This document shows positions 13,428-24,778 of a stretch of DNA of 64,000 bases, in pieces (the stretch's first letter is position 1; each line of letters starts with the position of its first letter). Below the pieces are notes generated by a model, which had not been told where the DNA came from, did not search any database, and worked only from the letters and a program-made list of their open reading frames with translations. The stretch comes from Raja brachyura. Lineage: Eukaryota. A program made the position numbers and the translations under genes. The stretch lies in NCBI GenBank assembly GCA_963514005.1, contig OY740794.1:53444001-53508000 (forward strand), given 5' to 3'.

Positions 13428-13808
13428 TGAAACATAGAAGATTGTTAAGGGTTTGGACACGCTAGAGGCAGGAAACATGTTCCCAATGTTGGGGGAGTCC
13501 AGAACCAGGGGCCACAGTTTAAGAATAAGGTGTAAGCCATTTAGAACGGAGACGAGGAAACACTTTTTCTTACAGAGAGTGGCGAGTCTGTGTAATTCTC
13601 TGCCTCACAGGGCGGTGGAGTCAGGTTCTCTGGATGCTTTCAAGAGAGAGCTAGATGGGGCTCTTAAAAATAGCAGAGTCAGGGGATATGGGGAGAAGGC
13701 AGGAACGGGGTACTGATTGTGGATGATCAGCCATGATCACATTGAATGGCGGTGCTGGCTTGAAGGGCCGAATGGCCTACTCCTACACCTATTGTCTATT
13801 GTCTATTG
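13428..13808 (+). mobile_element. CR1 3' fragment, (CTATTGT)n tail
   Basis: ESRTRGHSLRI..GYGEKAGTGY and 3' UTR. Confidence 0.9.
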
Positions 13809-14999
13809 ATCCAGAATGGAAACTCTTTATTGGACCAGCATTTAACACCCACCCCTAGCTTCAGTGCGAAGATAAAAGTGAACTATCGTTTTGAAATGCT
13901 GTTGTCCATAGTATTCTTGTAGCTACAGTGGTAGAGTTGCTGCCTGACAGCGCCAGGGCCCTGGTTTCCGTGCTGTATCTCTAAACTAAACTAAATTAAT
14001 TATTCCCAGAGTGTCATCCAGATCCAAGTTCTGTGCCTGGGTCGATAGCAGATGGTTGTTCAGATGGGATAGAGACTTCACTGCATAAGTGGTTTTAGAC
14101 ACTGCATAATATAATTATATCAGACATTTAATCTTTTTGTTCCATAACACAGTTCTGTAAATTCTTACTCAGATCTTCATGCATAATATGTGCATGTGTA
14201 TGGAGGCTGTTGTGGATTAGTGGTGAAGTCGAGCACCATTCAGTGCATCAGATATTTTTACATTTACAACCTACAAACCTGCACGTCTTTGGAATGTGGG
14301 AGGAAACCGGAGCACCCGGAGAAAGCCCACGTGGTCACAGGGAGAATGTACAAACTCCATGCAGACAGCACACACAGGCACGATTGAACCCAGGTCACTG
14401 GCGCTGTAAGGCAGCAACTCTACCATTGTACCAGTTCTATATTGTATTTACATTTTTGAGAGGCCAATGAATTTTTAAATATAGGGATCAACGTTGGAGC
14501 AACTGTAGATGGTCTCATTTGTACTCGCTTGCCTCCTATATGTATAAGGAAAGGAAAAACGGATGAATTTCTGATTGTCTGCCACTTTCATTAAAATTAC
14601 AGGATTGCAGGATTTGGATTCATGCTGGTTTAGAAGGATTAATATTTTGACCTAAAAGATGGAGGTTTAGTTTAGAAATACAGCGTGGGAACAGGCCCGT
14701 CGGCCCACCGGGTCCGCACTGACCAGCGATCACTCTGTACACTAGCACTATCCTACACACAAGGGACAGGTTGCAATTTTACCAAAGCCAATTAACTTAC
14801 AAACCTGTATGTCCTTGGAATGTGGGAGGAAACCGGAGCAACTGGAGAAAACCCACACAGTCACATGGAGAACATTCAAACTCCGTACAGCAGAACCCAT
14901 AGTCAGGATTGAACCGGGGTCTCTGGTGCTGTAAGGTAGCTACTCTACCACTGTACTCTACCGCAATGTGTTCATTCAACTTAAGGTACTCATGAACTG

Positions 15000-15168
15000 T
15001 TAAAGAAGGAACTGCAGATGCTGGAAAATCGAGGGTACACAAAATGCTGGAGAAACTCAGCGGGTGCAGCAGCATCTATGGAGTGAGGGAGATAGGCAAC
15101 GCTTTGGGCCGAAACCCTTCTTCAGACTTTCTTCTTTGCACCCACTGAGTTTCTCCAGCATTTTGTGC
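15000..15168. mobile_element. Fold-back Penelope-derived mini-element with 12-bp TSD
   Basis: TSD ACTCATGAACTG 14988-14999 and 15169-15180; internal inverted CACAAAATGCTGGAGAAACTCAG. Confidence 0.85.
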
Positions 15169-17611
15169 ACTCATGAACTGCATGGTTTCAGCTGTCAAAA
15201 CTGGCTTTATTTGGTGTGTTCAAGCCTGCATTTTGGGAGCAACACAATGACACGTTTGGTGGAGCTGCTGCTCACAGCGCTAGCGTTCGCCCGGGTTCAA
15301 TCGGGTGCTGTCTATATGGAGTTTGCTGCATAACCAACTTTGTCATTGTGCCACCCCTTAAAATAAGTTACATGCATCTTGATTAGTCCGGGTGTCTGGG
15401 GTTATAGGGAAATGGCAGGAGAATGGGTTTAGAGGGAAAGATAGATCAGCCATGATTGAATGGCGGAGTAGACTTGATGGGCCGAATGGCCTACATTTGC
15501 TCATATATAACTTATAGCGATGTTCTCACCCCGTGCTCCCTGCTGATGTCCTACCTGGTCAATCAGAACTCAGTCTGCATCATCCCACCCCCTCTTTGGT
15601 CTTTTCCCAGATACCCTAGTTCCCTGATCTCCTTTACTAAACTTGTCTTTGGCCCTGTGACAATCTCATTGCCACATCCCAATCTCCTCCACCAGCTCCA
15701 CGGCACAGTGGTGCAGTGGTAGAGTTACTGCCTTACAGTGCTTACAGCGCCAGAGACCTGTGTTCAATCCTGGCTATGGGTGCTTGTCTGTACAGAGGTT
15801 GTATGTTCTCCCCGTGACCTGCGCGTGTTTTCTCCGAGAACTTTGGTTTCCCTCACACACTCCAAGGACGTACTGGTTTGTAAGTTTATTGGCTTGGTAT
15901 AAATGTAAAAATTGGCCCTACTGTAGTATAGTGTTAATGTATAGGGAGAATTTGCCAAGTTCAACCGGTTTCCTGCAAGACTGAACTCAGGGTCTTAAAC
16001 TGAAATGTCAGCAAATATATTTTGCCTCCACAGATGCTGCTTGACCCATTGAGTATTCAGCATTTTTATTTGTAAATATAACCCAGTCCTTTATCCGTAC
16101 TAAATCTAGATTCTGGAGTGCCTTATCCAATGGCGCTGTGGAAGTACCCTCATCAGAAACTATTACAGTTGAAGGTAGTGGATCATTGCATCGTTCTCAA
16201 GCACACACAGAGATGGACAATAGACACTGGCCTTCCCAGCAACATCCAGAAGCATAAACTTCAATTAAAAACAAAATCAACCACTAAATTGCCTGTGTGA
16301 ACTGAGGTAAAACTGACTAAATTTAATCTCAAGCTCTATCGCATTAATTGTGTTTACGAAGCTTAACAGGAAATTAGAAAAGCTTTTTGAAGTTTGGAAC
16401 ACGTTGTGAAACCTTACTCTAGTTACAATAACAATTCTACCACCTTTGAAGCTATCTAACTTCCTGTCCCAATGTACTGAGGGATATATTTTGAGGTACA
16501 ACAAGGTTTACGGATTTCTCAGTAGGTGGCATAAGAATGAGACTTCAAAATTATGAAGAACCAGACTAATACAATAAGCTCCTCAACTCAAAGCATCTGA
16601 TAGAAAGGGGTAATGAGGAACACAGGAAGAACATGCAAACTTCATACAGACAGCACCCGTGGTCAGGATTGAACCCTGGTCTCTGGCGTTGGAAGGCAGC
16701 AACTCTACCGCTGCGCCAATGTGTTCTTGTGGAGTGGAGCAGGTTAAAGTGATGTACAGGGTTAAAGTGCCATTCCGTTTGGCCAATACATATATATATA
16801 AAGACTACTAAACTTTTTTAATGATTTTGGCTGCGTGCCAATTGACACTGGCCAAAGTGTGCAGGACATAAGCTGCATCAGGTTCAGTCTTAAAATGGCA
16901 AACGTTTTTCCTGAGCATGACACAGAAGCCAGTTTCCATTTAAAATAAGCCTAGACCCCATTGTCCAAATATCTCCAAAGTTCAGGGGCTAAATACTGAT
17001 AAATGATTATAATTCAGCGAAAAAAAACTATGAGCCACAGTGCCCGATGACACAATGCGTTTATAGAAAGCTTCTGTTTGCATATTTCAAGTTCCAAACT
17101 CCCTTGTAGCCTGGAATGTGAAAGTAGTTTCATGAAAGAAAACCAATTGAACACAAGAATGAAATCAGAGCTTTTTTCTGGAACTGTAACAATGAAAACA
17201 TCATGGTTAGTAATGCACCACACATCAATTAATGGGCATCTGGTCAATAGGAACATTCATTTCAAAAGAACACTCCACAAGCGCCAATTAACTCCCTTTA
17301 GAACCATATGCCTGATTAGCCAAAATAACTGTATAAATGTTTTGCTCTTTTTGCTTCTTCAGCACAACTATCATATAGCATTTCACTTATTTATTTGTCT
17401 TTCAGAACATCAAAAACTAATGACACTTTGATCCAATGATTTGGTATGGAAATACTCGTTAGTCTTGTAGATGGACACAAAATACTGGGGTAACTCAGCG
17501 GGATAGGCAGCATCTCTGGATGGAAGGGAATGGGTGACGTTTCAGGTAGAGAGACAGAGACAGTAAGACTGGTAGGAGAACTGGGAATGGGTAGGGGATG
17601 GAAAGAGAGGA

Positions 17612-17928
17612 AAACATAGAAACATAGAAATTAGGTGCAGGAGTAGGCCATTCGGCCCTTCGAGCCTGCACCGCCATTCAATATGATTATGGCTGATCAT
17701 CCAACTCAGTATCCCGTACCTGCCTTCTCTCCATACCCTCTGATCCCCTTAGCCACAAGGGCCACATCTAACACCCTCTTAAATATAGCCAATGAACTGG
17801 CCTCAACTACCCTCTGTGGCAGAGAGTTCCAGAGACCCACCACTCTCTGTGTGAAAAAAGTCCTTCTCATCTCGGTCCTAAAGGATTTCCTCCTTATCCT
17901 TAAGCTGTGACCCTTTGTCCTGGACCTC
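17612..17928 (-). mobile_element. CR1 3' fragment nested in a Penelope-derived unit
   Basis: Reverse complement of the 5570-5858 family; flanks 17470-17612 and 17930-18040 are Penelope-derived. Confidence 0.88.
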
Positions 17929-19081
17929 TCAGGAAAAGCAAGGGCTACGAAGTTAGAGAAGTCAATGGGTGTAAGCTACCCAAGTGAATTATGATGTGCT
18001 ATTCCCCCAATTTGTGCTGGGCCTTACTCTGGCAATGGAGGATATTCAGTGTTCAGGATGTTGCAGCAATTCAATTTGTTCCTCGATGGGGTTTAATTTG
18101 TCTGCATATTTATCATGTCCACGTGGTTTGAGAAAAATATTCGTGCTGCATAACTGGAATCACCTGAATAATTTAGACACATCGTTTTAAGATAAAAGCC
18201 CAAATGTCAAGATGTTTATTCTCAAAGTTACATCCAAGGGGACAAATGGGAAAATACAGAAGGTTTTGCACGCACACTGTGAAAACACATTATTTATTTT
18301 TACCATCCAGATGCAACTAGGAAAATTGGATACAGTTATTATTCATGGCAATTAAAACATATACCCCATGAACAAGAAAGGGCAGCATAGTGGCGCTGAG
18401 GTAGAGTTGCTGCCTTGCAGTGCCAGAGACTCGGGTTTGATCCTGACTACGGGTGCTGTCTGTACAGAGTTTGTACATTCTCCCCGTGACCGCGCAGGTT
18501 TGCTCTGGGTACTCCGGTTTCCTACCACACTCTAAAGACGAACAGGTTTGTGGGTGTTTGGAGACGGCAGCGGTTTTTCCTGATGATGTGTGTTCAGCTA
18601 TCGTTACTTCCGGATACAAGGAAAAGGTGGCTGACCTGGCACTGTCCAATATCACAACAATTGATGCAGCTGCTGCTTACATTGTGAAGACCCCACCAGC
18701 ACGCATGCGCGACATTTTTCAAAGCAGCGGTGTGAAATCACAGATAGCAGCACTGACTGGAGATAGTAAGATTAAGAGACACTAATATACCAGTTGACCT
18801 TATTATAGAGGGTTGGGAGCAGAGAGCACGAAATCCCTCATCATAACTCATTAACTAGGATCAAACTTCAAACTGGAAGTTCTTGTTTAATCTTACTATT
18901 TTACTTCAGTCACATGAGTGACTTTGTGAAGATTTCAAAGCTCTGTGATTTCATGCCCTGAACCATGTCCATGCTCACACACTGCCATATTCACTGTTAA
19001 CGTATTTCAGATTTGAACAAAGCTGAAAAATAATAAGGTATTTATTAATACAAACAAAAACCCCTGAATTCGGGGAAACGT

Positions 19082-20084
19082 TTAGGGAACAGCACTTAAA
19101 ACTGAATCCGCAAACGTTGCGGGAGCGGCCACAGGTTTGTTATAGGAACGTTGGAATGTTCCTTCACTGTGCCAGCCCGTTGTTGCGAGGACATGATCCA
19201 TGGGTACCTCCATGGTCCTCGCCGTTGATGTGGATGCAGCCCTAGTAGAATGAGATTTTAAAATGTCAGTGTCTACACCTGCTGCACCCAATACCACCCT
19301 GAGCCACCTGGAAATAGTCTACACCGTCACCCTGTGATGTGGGTTTTTGAAACTGATGAACAGACCTGTTTCCATTCTCCTGATGTTTTGGGTGACATTA
19401 ATGTAATGTCGGAGATAGATGGTTATGCAGAGTCTTACATCAACGGGGTATGCTCGGAATTCCAATTTCAGACCTGTTGTCCCAGGTCTGTGATGTTTGA
19501 GTAACTCATCTATAAAGAAGGTTACTTTGGTGGGGGTTGAGACCATCCTGTCCAGTTTTAGTTGTGGAGGGTCTGGACCCGTTGAGCTGTGATCCAGTGG
19601 TAGATCTGAAACTGGTGACCACCTCCTGAGTAGGGACAACACAACCACAATGTCCCAGGAAATATTATAGCGTGGGTCGGGGAGGGTTAGAATTAAAAAT
19701 ACCCCTCATAAGTTTCGATACCAGCTGGTGGGATCCTACTCCGGTATTGAGGTAGGATGAAAATGCGCTTCTGGCACTGTTGATGGCACTGTAGCTAAGG
19801 CCCTCATCAAAGTGAAGGCCCGTGTGGAATTCCAGCACATCAGTGATCGTGGCAGAGTTGTAGGTGGTATTGGTCCGGGAACAGAAAGCCTCCCATTTCC
19901 TTATGTGGGTGAGGTACTGCTTCATCATGGACTCTCTGCACGATGCCATGATGATATCCATGGTCCTTGTTGACAGCCCGAATTCCAGTAATGGCCTCTT
20001 CAGAACCTGCAAGCCAACAGGTTCAGATGACCACGGCACGGATGACTTTCCCCTGTTATGGGATGGGTCACTAGATTCTGGCAT
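19082..20084 (-). pseudogene. DIRS tyrosine recombinase (disrupted)
   Basis: GLSYSAINSARSA, HSTRAAS, GW.SE.TFQRSYNKP catalytic-region motifs. Confidence 0.92.
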
Positions 20085-20094
20085 TTAGGAACCT

Positions 20095-20400
20095 GCACCC
20101 ATGGTTCCTTCACCATATCGAGGGCCACCGGGTACCATGGTTAAGTGGGCCAGTCGGGCATTATCAGAATACCAGATGCAGAGTCTAGCTGGATTTTCTG
20201 TAATACCCAACTGATGAGGCAGAAAGGGGGAAATGCATAGAAGGACAATTTCCCCCAATGTAGCGAGAAATCGCTACTGCCCCAGGATCTGGTTCCCAAG
20301 AGACATATGTTGGTATCTGATGGTTGAACCTGGACGCAAAGAGGTTGATATCTGGTGTTCCATATTTGGCTATAATATCAGCAAATATTTTAGGGTTCAA
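20095..20400 (-). pseudogene. DIRS methyltransferase-like (MT) domain
   Basis: PDINLFASRFNHQ..YVSW followed after a frameshift by YAFPPFCLISWVLQKI..ILIMPDWPT*PWY. Confidence 0.8.
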
Positions 20401-20439
20401 CATCCACTCGGTGTTGTCATTGAATACTCGTGACCTGGT

Positions 20440-21830
20440 GTCCGCCACTGTATTGAGCTTATCCGGAAGGTGTGTAGCTGATATCCAAATATTTCTTTCA
20501 ATACACCAGTGCCAAATTATGTTTGCCAATTCATCGCAAGATATCGACTTGATACCACCCATATGGTATAAATATGCCACCACTGTGGTATTATCTATTT
20601 GTAGATGGACATCTGTATGATGCATGTTCGTGCAGTAAGCCCGCAGTCCGTGAAATGCTCCTAGCATTTCCAAATAGTTTATACCTTGTGATTGGAGTAT
20701 AGTAGATTGGTGCAAATCCCATCTGCCGCCACAACGGGAAGTGGTGTCGGTAGCTCCCCAGCCCTGGGCGCTTGCGTCGGCTTATAACAAGAGTGACGGG
20801 TTTGACACTATGATGGGATTGAAACAATCACGAATGTTGTTAATCCACCATCATTGCTCATCATTTTGCTTTATTTGGTAGCTGCATTGGTCTGTCAAAA
20901 TGTCCAGCATTTGTTTTTAATGCTGAGATCTTTGCTCTTTGCAAATTTTGGTAATGTAATGGTGCAAATTGTGCAGCTGAAAATGTAGCTACCAGTTTTC
21001 CAATCACCTTGGCAGCATGTCTAATAGTCGGTTTCCCTGCTATTACATGCCTCTATAATGTCTGTTACTTTGTTCTCTGGGAAAGTGATAATCATATGAT
21101 TGGTGTTAACCGTGAATCCTAGATAGTCCATAATCACAGAAGGGTTAAACTTTGATTTGTCTGGATGGATGACGAACCCCAGTTTTTCGAACAGTGACTT
21201 GGTAGCTGTCACAGCTGATTTAGCTAATTCCATAGTTTTTCCCACAATCAGAATGTCATCCAGATATGTCATGACTATGTGGTTTTGTCTTCATAGAGAC
21301 GCCAATACTGGTTTTAGTATTTTGGTAAATAACCAGGGGGCTGTTGTAAGTCCATTAGGTAATGCTTTATACTGCCATAGCTGCCCCATCCAGACAAAGT
21401 TTAAGTATTTACGGTGATGTTTACGTGTATGTACTGAATAGTATGCATCTTTTAGATCAATGCAGGCCATGAAGTACCATCTGGAAAACAGTTGTTTAGC
21501 CGTTTCAAATGTTTCCATCTTGAAATGGGTATATTGTACAAAAGTATTCAATTAGGTTAAATCAATTATGATACTGCACCCACCATCTTTTTTCATTTTA
21601 GTAAAGATGTTGGATACAAACTCAAGAGGTTCATGCACCATTTTTTCTATAACCTCCTTGGTGTATAATCTTAATAGCTCTGCATGTCCTTCCGGCTAGG
21701 TACCTGCTGAGCTGGGAGAAGTTGTCCGTTTATGAATTCAATTTTGTAACCTTGAATACTTTGTAATATGAAAGTGTCAGAAATTATAGAACTCCATGCA
21801 TCCCCAAACAGATGCAATCTCCCTCCTACT
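20440..21830 (-). pseudogene. DIRS reverse transcriptase + RNase H (disrupted)
   Basis: IDLKDAY, LPNGL..AP..FTK, YLDD, LGF; RNase H motifs DAS..GWG, INYLEM, DNTT, NTVADTRSR. Confidence 0.92.
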
Positions 21831-21885
21831 TGTGAGGGTTTGCATGCAGCACTCCCAAGGGAACCAGACCCCCTTACCTCCATTG

Positions 21886-23166
21886 TTACCGGTGGGGCTT
21901 GTTCTTCTGGCCTTTCTTGGGTTGCTGTGTTGCTGGGATGTGGGGTTGGCGCATCTTCCAGGCTGGTCGCTGTGAACCTTGGCCTAAAAAAGACCTCTGT
22001 TGATAAGGCGCAACCTTAGGGTTAGTTCCTGTCCTTCTGTCGGGTTGAACCCGAGGCCTGTTCGCTGTTGCATATGGATGCTGCCTTTGGTACGCTGGTG
22101 GTTTGCTGGAGGAAGGCGGTTTTATCAACCCAACCGCTTTAGCTTCCTCGTCCAGATCTTTTACCTGTTTAGGCAGGTCATCACCAAACAATTGTCTTGG
22201 TGGCGGCGTAACGTTGGCCTTACACAAACCCGCAAACTTGGGGTTTAATGTAGTACGGATAGAGCTTTTCCGAAAACAGTTAATTTCGTACTGAGTATTG
22301 CATAGCAGAGCTAATGCGTCCTGCTGCTCTTCTGTCTATTGACCTGGCAAATGCCGTGATGCCTGAGGTCAGTAATTTCGGGACCCTTTAGATTTTTAAT
22401 TCCTGAGCTCTAATTCCAGGGCTGATGTTAACCCATATTTACGGTAGGGACATTCAGCGACACGCAATTTTCTGGAGCCATGTATTTATTAGTTGTCTCC
22501 GAAATTACCTGTTCTTGTAGCTGGTGAGTCGTCAGGTAATTTATGCTAGCCGCTAGCCTCGGCTGAAGAGGTTGCCCTTTCTGGGATGGTTGGGCGAGCT
22601 TCGATACCATCTCCAGAAGTTCCTCTTCTGGCATCTCTTGCAACAGTGGATCTTCCACTAACCCCTCTTCGAAGTCAGCTAGTCCCTGGCTTCTTGCACT
22701 CCCTATTGAGGAGGGAGAGATGTTGGGCAGCTTTATCAAGGGGTCTGCCATGGATTTCCGTAATCCTAGGGACGCACGCTCCTGTTGGAGGAGGTCCCTT
22801 TCGAGCAGCTGCTCGACCATGCGCTCCATTCGAGCTATGCGACCGCCATCGCTGTCTGCGAATGGCAAGTCGTCTTCCCCAGATTCTGATGAACCTAGGG
22901 GCCCTTTAGCGACAGTCCGCACCTCGTCGAGGTGATGTCTATGGGACTGAGGTAGGTAGTCCCTGCGGGGCTACACGACTCCCGCGCGGATTTGCCGCTT
23001 GTCCGCGGTCTTCTGGACTGAAGCGGTGGAGAGTTGGTGCCAGCTACACAACTTCTTAGTGGATCTTCCGCCTGTCTGTTGCAACTGCGGCGGTGAGGAG
23101 TCTTCGCTCCCGCGGTCCCGAGAGGCATGCATCAACGCAGCCTTCTTTTTCGTCCTCCTATCCATC
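21886..23166 (-). pseudogene. DIRS gag-like ORF1 (frameshifted)
   Basis: MDRRTKK start; fragments PENCVSLNVPTVN and LFGDDL typical of DIRS ORF1. Confidence 0.75.
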
Positions 23167-24467
23167 GTTTTCCTGTAGGTGTAAACAAGTACAGAAAAAC
23201 TAACCAGCTCAACGTTAGTGAAAAACTTACCTGAGGGCCTTTTTGAAGCTGCCGGCAGAGGAACGCACTCCCCCCCAGCTGTTGGCTGCAAATGCGAGCG
23301 ACAAAATGGCGCGCATGCGTGCTGACGGGGTCTTCACGAAGTCACTCACGTGACTCCGAAGTAAAATCTTTTTTCTTTTATGGCATAGCATTGTTTTTGA
23401 GTCAAAGGGGCCAGGAAAGAAATGTGTTGAAATGAACACACTTCACAGAGTACTACTTGTGCTAATTTATTTAATTAGAACCTTCTGTTGTACTTCTGCC
23501 AATGCCACATGATTTGGCTGCAACACACAACACTGTTTCTAGTGAGATTTTTTATTAGCCATGATATTATTAGCTAAACAGATGAAGTAAAGATATAGAA
23601 ACGTGAAAGATATACAACAGATGCACAGATACAGAGAACATGTCTGCTACTGTTCCAGGGATGGGATCAAAACATAACATTTGCTATATATTCTCAAACT
23701 CTTTCTGAATCCAATAATCACTCCATTTTGCACTTAATTTTGGAGATTTTTCACCATTTAGAGTTGACTTAAGTTTTTCCAATGATAATATATGCATACC
23801 ATCACAAGTGGTGAGATCAGACACTACACTTGGCATACAGATTGTGGCTTCCTCTCCTGAGAAAGGAAAGACTTGTTACAGACGGGAACACAACAAAATG
23901 CACAGACTGCCTCCCAGGATGGCTGGCGTGCCATAGAGGAAACAATGCTGAGGTTCATCAAATATTCATCATGTTTGGAAGAATGTGAAGCCATCAAATA
24001 GGCCAAAAGGAATTTTTGCTCTAAACTGGCGAACGAGATGATCTTACAATCTCAGACATGCAATGGTATCACAATCTCAGTCATACAGTAGATACAGGAA
24101 AACACTCTTACACAGCAGTGAATGCCTGGATCGCGCTGGCTGGGGTGGTGATGGAGGCAGATACAATTGGGGCTTTTAGATAGGCACATGGAGGGATAAA
24201 GGGTCATGTGCAGGCAGAGGAGATTAGTTTAACGGTGTCATATTTAGCATGGACATTATGGGCCTGTTCCTGTGCTGTACTATTCTATGTTTTATACAAA
24301 GCTGGTGCATAGCGCATTATTCCCATTAAATGCAAAATGAAATCTCACCATTCACTACAATAGCAAAACAATACACCAGCATGCAGATAATTGCCATTAA
24401 GTTGATGCGTTTATTTTATAATCACCCTTGTTACTCTTTAAACAATTTAAGATTCATTTACAACCAA

Positions 24468-24778
24468 TTAGTTTAGTTTAGAGATACAGCACAGAAACAG
24501 GCACTTTGGCCCAACAAGCCCACACTGACCAGAAATCCCCTCACACTGACACTACCCCATACACACTAGGGACACTTTTACATTTACACCAAGCCATTTA
24601 ACCTATAAACCTGTACACCTTTGGAGTGTGGGAGGAAACCGAAGATCTCGGAGAAAAGCCATGCAGGTCAGAGGGAGCACGTACAAACTCCGCACGACAA
24701 GCACCCGTAGTCAGGATCAAACCTGGGTCTCCGGTGCTGTAAGACAGTACCTCTACTGCTACGTCACCGTGCCGCCCT
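24468..24778 (-). mobile_element. V-SINE (HE1-like); further copies near 3120, 8656, 13925, 14260, 14665, 15236, 15699, 16625, 18380, 28793+30684, 31314, 36890, 48412, 56427, 59590, 61234
   Basis: Same head/core/(AAACT)n tail in each. Confidence 0.88.

Larger units (their letters stand above)
18684..23366 (-). mobile_element. DIRS1-like tyrosine-recombinase retrotransposon, near full length, decayed
   Basis: Inverted termini GTGAAGACCCCACCAGCACGCATGCGCG / CGCGCATGCGTGCTGACGGGGTCTTCAC; internal complementary region (ICR) 18827-18932; gag-RT-RNaseH-MT-YR order on minus strand with frameshifts and stops. Confidence 0.95.

Noticed and set aside
16105-16260. Apparent coding segment WSALSNGAVEVPSS
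   Set aside because: Better explained as a decayed CR1 ORF2 end (WN.LP..AVE).
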